Source: Candidatus Fermentibacterota bacterium (lineage in GTDB: Bacteria > JAFGKV01). From it: DNA of 57,493 bases. Location of the stretch: the NCBI GenBank assembly GCA_016928395.1, contig JAFGKV010000021.1:1-57493 (forward strand), given 5' to 3'. Under the pieces are notes generated by a model, which was not told the origin of the DNA, searched no databases, and saw only the letters and a list, made by a program, of their open reading frames with translations. This document shows positions 42,814 to 51,219 of the stretch, piece by piece; the stretch's first letter is position 1, and each line of letters begins with the position of its first letter. Both the position numbers and the translations under genes were made by a program.

Positions 42814-43341
42814 ATGGGTCTCTTCGATTTTGTCAAAGGCTCGGGTCAACGGCTCTTCGGGAAGAGCCAGGGGAACAAAGAGCAGGATGAAAAGGAGAAG
42901 TCGCAGAAGTTGGCCGCGATGGTGACCGACCTGGGCTTCAGGGTCGGGAGCCTCTATGTCGCCTATTCTGAGGGCACCGCTACGGTCGCAGGAGTCACCC
43001 AGTCGCTGGAGGACAAGGAGAAGATCATCCTGGCCATCGGTAATACCCAAGGCGTCGACCGGGTAAACGATAGGCTCCGAGTCGCCGGCGCGAAGCAGAA
43101 AGCCGCTCCGATACAGCCTGTCATGCCCAACGTGGAAGTAGTGGAGCCGGCGGAAGAAATCCCGGAGCCGACGGCAACCTTCTACACGGTAGAATCCGGT
43201 GACACCCTCTCCAAGATCGCAAAGGCGCAGTACGGAAACGCCAGTAAGTACCAGGTGATCTTCGAGGCGAATCGGCCGATGCTCACGCATCCCGACAAGA
43301 TCTACCCCGGCCAGGTATTGCGCATCCCGCCTCTCGAGTAG
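42814..43341 (+). CDS. kbp: BON-LysM protein Kbp/YgaU (K+-binding)
   Basis: MGLFDFVK..G..LF, EKIILAIGN..GV, YTVESGDTLSKIAK..YGNA.KY..IFEANRPML.HPDKIYPGQVLRIP. Confidence 0.92.
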   Translation: MGLFDFVKGSGQRLFGKSQGNKEQDEKEKSQKLAAMVTDLGFRVGSLYVAYSEGTATVAGVTQSLEDKEKIILAIGNTQGVDRVNDRLRVAGAKQKAAPIQPVMPNVEVVEPAEEIPEPTATFYTVESGDTLSKIAKAQYGNASKYQVIFEANRPMLTHPDKIYPGQVLRIPPLE

Positions 43342-43380
43342 ACGCGCATGACGGTGCCCGGGTAACCAGACCAGACGTGG

Positions 43381-43412
43381 GTCAGCCGGAGCCGAAATTG
43401 GATCCGGCTGAC
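43381..43412. terminator. Strong hairpin downstream of kbp
   Basis: GTCAGCCGGA...TCCGGCTGAC 10-bp stem. No U-tract, so intrinsic termination is doubtful. Confidence 0.35.
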
Positions 43413-43644
43413 GGGAGGGTGAGTTCTCCCTCACCTATCTGCCTCGCTCACGGGATTGCGGCTCCAACGAGTCAAGAACGCGAGACCTCCCAAATCCGTT
43501 CACCGGTTCATCAAGGCCCCCCGGGTATCGGGCACTCCGGTGGCTGGTCCACGTTCAGCAATGCGGGCTCTGCTACCCGCTACGGATCCCGCACAATCGC
43601 GGGTCTTGCAGGCGTTTCCTGACGCGTTGCCGAGGCCGTGGTGC

Positions 43645-43673
43645 TTGACAGATTGCCCGGCACAGGCTATAAT
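43645..43673 (+). promoter_or_regulatory. Consensus sigma70 promoter of the DEAD-box helicase gene
   Basis: TTGACA-N17-TATAAT, perfect match. Confidence 0.88.
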
Positions 43674-43786
43674 GCGTTTTCGTTTTCAGTTCACAGGGCG
43701 GCGATTCGTCATTTGTACCTGCCGAGATCCTACCTCCCTCATTCTCTCTCCAGGCATTCTGCCAATATTCAAGAGAAGGAACCTTC

Positions 43787-45055
43787 GTGAGTTTTAATCA
43801 GTTCAACCTGGACTCCCGCATAGTGTCGGGAATCAATCGGGCGGGCTACGTCACGCCGACGCCCATACAGCTAGCAGCTGTCCCCCCTGCCCTGGCCGGT
43901 CACGATCTCATCGGCACCGCCCAGACTGGTACCGGTAAGACGGCCGCGTTTGTGTTGCCCATTCTTCATCATATCCTCACCGGCCCACGCCAGCAGACCC
44001 GGGCGCTGATCGTCACACCGACCCGCGAATTGGCGGAGCAGGTTCATCATGTGATCGGCCAACTGAGTGCCGGTACGGGGATCCGCAGCGCCACCGTCTA
44101 TGGTGGTGTGGGAGCAGGTCCGCAACTCCGTGCAATGCGAGAAGGCGTGGAAATACTCGTGGCCTGTCCGGGCCGTCTGCTGGATCACATCGGCCAGGGA
44201 CACGCCCGTCTGGGCCGCATCCAGATCGTGGTGCTGGACGAGGCAGATCGCATGTTGGACATGGGCTTCCTGCCGGATGTCCGCAGGATTCTGGGTCATC
44301 TTCCCGTCCAACGGCAAACGCTGTTGTTCTCCGCCACATGCCCGCCCGAGATTGAGCGCCTCGCCGCAGGAGCCATGGCAAACCCAAAACGCATCGCCGT
44401 TGGGCTCAGCTGTCCCGCGCACACAGTGTCCCATGCGCTGTTCCCAGTGCCCCTCCCGCGAAAGACACCACTGCTCTTGGCGCTGCTTGAGGAGACGGAC
44501 ACCGAATCGGTGCTAGTCTTCACTCGCACGAAGCATCGCGCCCAACGCCTTGCGCAGCAGGTCGCCAGAGCAGGATACCGCGTGACGAGCCTCCACAGCG
44601 ACCGCACCCAGTCTCAGCGTCAAGCTGCACTCACCGGATTCCGCAGGGGTGACTACCAAATCATGGTCGCCACCGACATCGCGGCGCGGGGGCTGGACGT
44701 GGAGGGGATCTCCCATGTTGTGAACTACGACATGCCCAATACCGTCGACGACTACATTCACCGCATCGGCCGGACAGGGAGGGCAGAGCGCACCGGCGAT
44801 GCCTATACCTTTGTCACCCCAGACGATGCCTCAGCGGTGCGCGCCGTGGAACGGATGATGGGGCAACCACTTCCTCGTCGAGCACTGCCGGGCTTCGACT
44901 ACGCTGAACTCCTCCCATCCAAGAAGCCGGTCGCCAGAACGGCCCATGGAGTCTCCGCCCGGGCATCAACATTGCCAACCCAGCTATCGGCTCGTCCGGC
45001 GGGTCGTCGAAACGTCCGCCGAGTCCGTCCGGCGGTACGCTTCGCAGTGCGGTAA
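43787..45055 (+). CDS. DEAD-box RNA helicase (RhlE-like)
   Basis: Q motif PTPIQ, AQTGTGKT, PTRELA, DEAD, SAT, HRIGRTGR; basic C-terminal tail. Confidence 0.96.
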   Translation: MSFNQFNLDSRIVSGINRAGYVTPTPIQLAAVPPALAGHDLIGTAQTGTGKTAAFVLPILHHILTGPRQQTRALIVTPTRELAEQVHHVIGQLSAGTGIRSATVYGGVGAGPQLRAMREGVEILVACPGRLLDHIGQGHARLGRIQIVVLDEADRMLDMGFLPDVRRILGHLPVQRQTLLFSATCPPEIERLAAGAMANPKRIAVGLSCPAHTVSHALFPVPLPRKTPLLLALLEETDTESVLVFTRTKHRAQRLAQQVARAGYRVTSLHSDRTQSQRQAALTGFRRGDYQIMVATDIAARGLDVEGISHVVNYDMPNTVDDYIHRIGRTGRAERTGDAYTFVTPDDASAVRAVERMMGQPLPRRALPGFDYAELLPSKKPVARTAHGVSARASTLPTQLSARPAGRRNVRRVRPAVRFAVR

Positions 45056-45228
45056 CAGAGGTGCCCCAAAGATCCCGCGACGAGTTGGTGTTCGTCGGCC
45101 GGGGATCACACGACGGAACGCGGCTTTGCTGTCGTGGAGTCAGATCTTCATACTATCGCACGAGCCCGGAACGCTCGCCTATGTGACGAATGAAATCGGG
45201 AAGATGTGCGGGCATCCCGCATGAGTGC

Positions 45229-45466
45229 GATCCATCCTTGCGTGACTTCTCCTACGGGGCGGTGAATCCGAACATTGCATACCGGTGGGAGTATGCCCGG
45301 GTCAACGCGTTTCCTTGTGTGGACGCACACCCGTAACCGTTTCGACTACCGCGCGAACCCGTCATTCGCAGGCAGATTCCACAATGACTTCGACACCTCG
45401 CCCCTATTCGAGAACAGACCAGAGAACTGCGCCATGTCCAAAGTCAGCTTTTGGTCTTCTCTGTAG
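45229..45466 (+). pseudogene. Frameshifted C-terminal remnant of a DUF5916-like outer-membrane protein
   Basis: Two frames join at about 45293: RDFSYGAVNPNIAYRWEY / MPGSTRFLVWTHTR...LFENRPENCAMSKVSFWSSL*. This resembles the recalled RWEYxPGSTxFLVW...KxSYW family C-terminus. Confidence 0.5.
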
Positions 45467-45811
45467 ATGGCCAATCACGCCCCCCACGCCAAGGAGCCCT
45501 GCTGGTTGCGATCAATTGGGCTCCCGTAGCCCACACAACGGCACTGCTGATGTCCTCCGCCGGCTGAGCGATTTCAGGCGTGGGAGCTCATGTGCGGGGA
45601 TAGTCCGCTGGGGGCTTGACAAACGCACCTGCTTCCTCAACTACTGTGCCGCATGTGACGGATTCTGCCGTCACGCGGAGATTCCCGGGAGTCATGATAC
45701 CCGCCACCGAATGCCTCGTGCCGGTTAGGCTACCAGGCATTCGTCTTTGACAGAGCACGCACATCTGCGCCGACCCTTGGTCCGCCGCGGTACGGCTTGA
45801 AAGGACCTCGT

Positions 45812-47452
45812 ATGTACACGCTGACTGCGTTCACGCTTCGGGAAGTCATCGTAAGCAGCGCCGCCCATTACGGTGACAGAATAGCCGTGGGCTACGTGGG
45901 TGCTCAGGGAACCAGCTACCATGCCTTGGGGGCTGCCTCTGCAAGATTTGCCATTGCTCTACGGGAGGCGGGCTACCAGGCGGGAGACCGCATCGCCCTC
46001 CTCTCGGAGAACAGGCCGGAGTGGGTCGTGGCGTACTTCGGCATCACCGCCGCCGGCTTCGTTGGCGTACCCATCCTGACCGATTTCGGCAGCGAACAAA
46101 TAGGCAACATCCTCGCACATTCGGAGGCGAGAGCGGTCGTCGTCTCGGAAAAGCAGCGGATCAAGCTGGGCGCCGGGGCGCCAAGGGCATTCCCAGTTGA
46201 GGAACTCCTGCTGCCTCAAGACGGCCCAGACCCGGATCCGGCATCGGTCTTCTCGCCCCTTGCTGAGAGCTGTCTGGCCGTGATACTCTACACGTCAGGT
46301 ACCACGGGCAACTCCAAAGGCGTGGTGATGACCCACAAGAATCTCGTCTGGAATGCATGGGCAACCCGCTCCATTATCAAGCAGCACAGGAACGATCGGC
46401 TCCTGTCGATCCTCCCCTTGGCGCACACCTACGAATGCACCATCGGCATGCTGGCTCCCATCATGCAGGGCCCCTCAATCTGGTATCTGAACAGACCGCC
46501 GGCGGCCTCTGTCCTGATCCCGGCCATGGAGACTGTTCGGCCGACAATCATGCTGACAGTCCCCATCATCATCGAGAAGACCTATCGCGCCAGCATTAAG
46601 CCGTCCCTGGAGAGGACTGCATTGTACAGAAAGCCCGCGTTCCGGAAACTCCTCTGCCGGGTCGCAGGCAGGAAACTCATGAAGAAGTTCGGAGGCAAGC
46701 TGCGGTTCTTCGGAATAGGCGGGGCTGCCCTTGCCGCGGACGTCGAGGCATTCCTCAGAGCAGCCAAGTTCCCGTACGCCATCGGCTACGGTCTGACTGA
46801 GACAGCGCCGCTATTGGCGGGCGCCCACCCGTCGAAGACTGTCTTCAGGTCCACCGGCCCGGCCATGAAAGGAGTTGATCTCCGCATTGCCGACCCCTCC
46901 CCGGAGACCGGTGAAGGCGAGATCCAGGCCAGAGGCCCCAATGTGATGCCCGGGTACTACAAAGACCCCGAGAGGACCGCCGATGTCTTCACACCCGATG
47001 GATGGTTCCGGACGGGAGACCTCGGCTACTTCGACGAGAAAGGGAACCTCTATGTACGGGGTCGATTGAAGACCGTGATTCTGAGCGCGACCGGCGAGAA
47101 CATCTACCCAGAGGAGATTGAATCCCTCCTGAACGCCCACGAATACGTGGCCGAGTCTTTGGTTTACGGTGATGGCAACGGCGTGGCAGCCCTTGTTCAG
47201 CTCAGGCCGGAGGTCATCGAGAACCTCGAGGCCGTCGTGGCTGACCAGCTTGACAACGCCAACGAGCTGCTGGAAGCGATTCGTCGGGAGATCAATCCCC
47301 GCCTTGCCGCATTCAGCCGTATCGGGAGGATCCACATTCAGAGGGAACCTTTCGAGAAAACCCCTAATCAGAAGATCAAGCGCTTCCTCTACCCCAGGAG
47401 ATCTTCTGAGCCGGATCCTGAAGCAGCTCACCCCGGGGGCCGGACTGCCTAG
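45812..47452 (+). CDS. Long-chain fatty acid-CoA ligase (AMP-binding)
   Basis: YTSGTTGNSKG, GYGLTET, GWFRTGDLG, GENIYPEEIE, C-terminal KIKR. Confidence 0.93.
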   Translation: MYTLTAFTLREVIVSSAAHYGDRIAVGYVGAQGTSYHALGAASARFAIALREAGYQAGDRIALLSENRPEWVVAYFGITAAGFVGVPILTDFGSEQIGNILAHSEARAVVVSEKQRIKLGAGAPRAFPVEELLLPQDGPDPDPASVFSPLAESCLAVILYTSGTTGNSKGVVMTHKNLVWNAWATRSIIKQHRNDRLLSILPLAHTYECTIGMLAPIMQGPSIWYLNRPPAASVLIPAMETVRPTIMLTVPIIIEKTYRASIKPSLERTALYRKPAFRKLLCRVAGRKLMKKFGGKLRFFGIGGAALAADVEAFLRAAKFPYAIGYGLTETAPLLAGAHPSKTVFRSTGPAMKGVDLRIADPSPETGEGEIQARGPNVMPGYYKDPERTADVFTPDGWFRTGDLGYFDEKGNLYVRGRLKTVILSATGENIYPEEIESLLNAHEYVAESLVYGDGNGVAALVQLRPEVIENLEAVVADQLDNANELLEAIRREINPRLAAFSRIGRIHIQREPFEKTPNQKIKRFLYPRRSSEPDPEAAHPGGRTA

Positions 47453-47503
47453 CCTCCAGCCGGTAGCGAGCAGTGTCCTCGAAGCGTGACGGGACGCCAG
47501 AGG

Positions 47504-49768
47504 CTACTGCCGATCGTGAAGCAGCCACAGCACGCGCTCCGGGGTCAGGGGAATCTCCCTCACTGGAACCCCCACGGCGTCACTCACTGCATTGCCGATG
47601 GCGGCGGCCACACCGATGAGCGAGGGTTCACCGATGCCCTTGGCGCCGAACGGCCCCCCCTTCCAGGGCTGCTCGATCACCTCCATCCGAATGTGGGGTG
47701 TATCGGCGATACCCGGGACCACGTAGTCGGTGAATCCCGGATTGTGGAGGATGCCCCCCCGCGTGACCAATGATTCAAAGAGCGCATAGCCCGCGCCCTG
47801 CACGATCCCCCCCTCGATCTGACCTCGCAAGCCCTCGGGAAAGATGACCCGCCCCACGTCGTGCACTGCCGTGACCCGTACAAGCCTCACGAGGCCCGTG
47901 CCCTCATCCACCTCCACCTCCGCTATGTGGGTCGTGTACGAATTAACGGCATAGGGTCGTCCCTGCCCCGTCGTCGCATCGTAGGGACGAGGCGGAGGGC
48001 GATAAAACCCTGTGGCGCTCATTTCGACACGCTGGGCATAGCAGAGGCCCACCAGATCGTCCCAGGTCATCACCTGGCCTGAGGAACGACTCACAACCAT
48101 TCCCTGCCGGATATCGGCATCGGCGATACCCTCTCTCCTGACAGTGCGCACCATCCGGAGCCGCAACGCCGCGGCAGCCCGGCGCGTTGGCATGCCCGCC
48201 ATGATCGTGCCCCGAGACGCCACGGTGGGCCCGCTGTCCTGCACCGCGTCAGTGTCCACATGGGCCACGACTACCCGCTCCTTGTCCACCCCAAGTTCCT
48301 CTGCCACGATCTGCGCCACGGCAGTCAGGAGTCCCTGGCCCATCTCAGTCAGACCCACCGCCACATTGACGCTGCCGTCTGCATTGATCGTGACCCTGGC
48401 GTGGCTTCGATCGTGGCGCTCGCCGCCCTTATGCAGGTTGCTCCCGTAGTAACTGGTGGCCACACCGACGCCTCGCAAGACCCGTTCGTGTTTCGTGTCC
48501 AGCCTCCTCGGCCGATACCCCGCCGCCCGCACGGCTCTGCGCAATGTCTGGAGTACCGGCACACTGCCCGTCAATACCTCTCCCGACGCCGTGACGCTGC
48601 CGGAACGCCACAGGTTCATCTCCCGAAGGAGAACTGGGTCTATTGCCAGTCGCCGCGCCAGTTCATCCACTTGGCGCTCCGTGGCAAAAGTAACCTGGGG
48701 AGCGCCGAACCCCCGGAACGCTCCTCCGAAGAGGCCATTGGTGTAGACAATCGTGGTGTGCACATCAACGGCGGTGAGCCCGTAGGGACCGCAGGCGGAG
48801 CTATTGCCCCGCTCGGCCACGACCACGCTTAGCCCGGCATACGCACCCGCGTCGTACAGCGCCTCGATCTGCATGCCCAGCATCCGGCCGCTGGAAGTTG
48901 CTGCCAGCCGGTGCGTGATTACGGTGCGGTGACGCTTGGTGGACCATCGGAAATCCTCGGCACGGTCATAGACAAGCCGCACGGGATGGCCCGACGCCGT
49001 GGCCAGGAGGGCCGCGCATGCTGCGACTTCGGAAGGATAATCCTCCTTGCCACCGAATGCACCCCCGGTACAGGCCTGTACGACCCGCACCATGCTCTGG
49101 GGATACCCCAGCACATCGGCCACGGCGCGGCGAACGTAGAAGGGACACTGGCACGTTGAGTAGACCACCATGCGCCCATCCACCCCCGGCACCGCCACAG
49201 CGCCCTGGGGTTCAAGGTAGGCATGCTCCTGGCAACCCGTGCGGTACTCGCCTTCGACAATCACATCGGCCTGGGCAAAGGCCGCATCAATATCACCCCG
49301 GACCACCTGCAGCCTGGCGACGATATTGCCGCCTTCATGAATGGACGGGGCGTCGGCGGACATGGCGTGACGGACATCCTCCACCACGGGCAAGGGTTTT
49401 AGATCGGCGGATACGGCATCTGCCAGAGCCCGGGCCGCCGCCCGCGTCGGCGCCGCAACGATGGCCAAGCGGTCTCCTGCGCTTCGCACGCGGTCACTGA
49501 CCAGAAGCGGCTGATCTCGTTGCACAATGCCTATCTGGTTGATGCCGGGCACGTCGGCCGCGACCATCGCCACACCCTCGGCGCGATCCACAGGGGGAAT
49601 CGTGATGCGCCGCACCAGGGCGTGGGCCACCGGCGGCGTTGCCACGGCGGCCTCCCACATGCCCTGAAACCTCAGGTCAGCCAGGAATCGGGCCTCACCC
49701 CGCACCTTGTCCGCCGCATCCACGCGATGGGCCGGCCGACCCACGCAGGAGAATCGCTGACGCGTCAA
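47504..49768 (-). CDS. Xanthine dehydrogenase family molybdopterin-binding subunit
   Basis: QEHAYLEP, GGAFGGKE, AFRGFG, EMGQG, TVASR, GAKGIGE. TTG start overlaps the 2Fe-2S stop; the ORF-track extension to 50221 is not credible. Confidence 0.93.
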   Translation of the reverse strand: MTRQRFSCVGRPAHRVDAADKVRGEARFLADLRFQGMWEAAVATPPVAHALVRRITIPPVDRAEGVAMVAADVPGINQIGIVQRDQPLLVSDRVRSAGDRLAIVAAPTRAAARALADAVSADLKPLPVVEDVRHAMSADAPSIHEGGNIVARLQVVRGDIDAAFAQADVIVEGEYRTGCQEHAYLEPQGAVAVPGVDGRMVVYSTCQCPFYVRRAVADVLGYPQSMVRVVQACTGGAFGGKEDYPSEVAACAALLATASGHPVRLVYDRAEDFRWSTKRHRTVITHRLAATSSGRMLGMQIEALYDAGAYAGLSVVVAERGNSSACGPYGLTAVDVHTTIVYTNGLFGGAFRGFGAPQVTFATERQVDELARRLAIDPVLLREMNLWRSGSVTASGEVLTGSVPVLQTLRRAVRAAGYRPRRLDTKHERVLRGVGVATSYYGSNLHKGGERHDRSHARVTINADGSVNVAVGLTEMGQGLLTAVAQIVAEELGVDKERVVVAHVDTDAVQDSGPTVASRGTIMAGMPTRRAAAALRLRMVRTVRREGIADADIRQGMVVSRSSGQVMTWDDLVGLCYAQRVEMSATGFYRPPPRPYDATTGQGRPYAVNSYTTHIAEVEVDEGTGLVRLVRVTAVHDVGRVIFPEGLRGQIEGGIVQGAGYALFESLVTRGGILHNPGFTDYVVPGIADTPHIRMEVIEQPWKGGPFGAKGIGEPSLIGVAAAIGNAVSDAVGVPVREIPLTPERVLWLLHDRQ

Positions 49769-50247
49769 GGCGTCTCCTCCATGAGCCGAGCCGCCCGACG
49801 CACGGCCCGTAGTATGGAAAGATAGCCTGTACAGCGGCAAAGATTCCCCTCCAAAGCGCGCACAATCTCGTCGTCCGTGGGGCTTGGATCTTCCTGCAAG
49901 AGCGCATACGTGCTCATGATGAACCCGGGCGTGCAGAAACCGCACTGCACGGCACCCTCCTCGATGAATGCCTGCTGAATCGGATGCAGCCCTTTGTCCG
50001 CCAAACCCTCGATGGTGACGATGCGGCCTCCCTGGGCCTCCAAGGCCAACACGAGGCATGAGTCCACAACCCGGCCGTCCAAGAGGACGGCGCAAGCGCC
50101 GCACTCCCCTTCCCCGCACCCCTCCTTGCAGCCCGTGAGCCCCAGGTCGCTCCGAAGCACATCCAGTAGACGGGCCGTGGGAAGCACCCGTAGGTTGACC
50201 GACTGACCGTTGACGGTGCATTCCAGAGGCATGGTATCATCGCTCAT
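49765..50247 (-). CDS. Xanthine dehydrogenase family 2Fe-2S subunit
   Basis: GCGEGECGAC...SC, QCGFCTPG, GNLCRCTGY. Confidence 0.96.
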   Translation of the reverse strand: MSDDTMPLECTVNGQSVNLRVLPTARLLDVLRSDLGLTGCKEGCGEGECGACAVLLDGRVVDSCLVLALEAQGGRIVTIEGLADKGLHPIQQAFIEEGAVQCGFCTPGFIMSTYALLQEDPSPTDDEIVRALEGNLCRCTGYLSILRAVRRAARLMEETP

Positions 50248-51074
50248 GGCGCACCCTCGTGCAGAAACCTCGTCACCAAAACCTTGACCACTGCCCTGCG
50301 ATACTCCGCCGATGCGCGGATGTCATCGACGGGGCTGCACTCTGCCGCCGCCAACCGGGCGGCTTCGGCGATCTCCGCGTCGCCAAGACGCCCCGTATCC
50401 GCGATAAAACGTTCCGCGCGCACCGCCCTGATGGGAGTCGGCGCCACCGCGCCCAAACCAAGACGAAGCGCACACCCTTCATCGAACACCGTCAGCAGGC
50501 CGGCTACGGCGACCCGAGAGATAAAATGACGGGAGCGGGGCCCGACTTTGCGGAACCATGGCCGGGAGTTCGGGGGAGGTCGAGGGACGATCACCGCCCG
50601 CAGCAACTCATCGTCACCAATCGCGGTCTGTTTGGGGCCGATCACGAATTCCCGTACCCGGAGCCGCCGTACGCCACAGGCCGAGACCAGCTCAACCTGC
50701 GCATCCAGAACCAGCAGGCTGAGCACCATGTCGGCGGCGGGAGACGCGGTGCACAGATTGCCGCCGACCGTGGCCCTGTTTCGAACCTGGGGGCCGCCAA
50801 GCCACGAGGCTGCGGATGCCAAGAGGGGAACCGCATCCCTGAGGTCGCGCGCGATGACGGATGCAGTGGTCATCGCGCCGATGTGTACGGCATCATCGCC
50901 AAGGGTGATGCCGTCCCACCCCAGGCGTCGCAAAGACACGAGGGAATCCGGCCAACCGGCTGCCCGGGCCGAGACCATGAGGTCGGTCCCTCCTGCCAGC
51001 GGCAGAGCGCCTCGCCCGAGTCTGCCCCTCAGCTGTAGGGCTTCGGCCTCATCGGTGGGACAGAAGTAGCGCAC
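50244..51074 (-). CDS. Xanthine dehydrogenase family FAD-binding subunit
   Basis: AGGTDL, QVRNRATVGGNL..ASPAAD, DDIRAS.EYR; GTG start after GGAGG. Confidence 0.94.
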   Translation of the reverse strand: MRYFCPTDEAEALQLRGRLGRGALPLAGGTDLMVSARAAGWPDSLVSLRRLGWDGITLGDDAVHIGAMTTASVIARDLRDAVPLLASAASWLGGPQVRNRATVGGNLCTASPAADMVLSLLVLDAQVELVSACGVRRLRVREFVIGPKQTAIGDDELLRAVIVPRPPPNSRPWFRKVGPRSRHFISRVAVAGLLTVFDEGCALRLGLGAVAPTPIRAVRAERFIADTGRLGDAEIAEAARLAAAECSPVDDIRASAEYRRAVVKVLVTRFLHEGAP

Positions 51075-51219
51075 ATCATCCTCCGCGGGGGATCTGAACA
51101 GACTGTGTGGGTTTCCTCCAAGTATACACACACGCCCTTCGCCGTCATCTGTTTCCACAGAGGCCGTCTTGTCGTATACTCCACGCATCACCGGAATGAC
51201 CAAGAGGACGGGAGGATTG

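Noticed and set aside
49769-50221. 151-aa N-terminal extension of the Mo subunit ORF (905 aa)
   Set aside because: Overlaps the 2Fe-2S gene in another frame and has low-information Gly/Arg-rich composition; the real start is near 49768.
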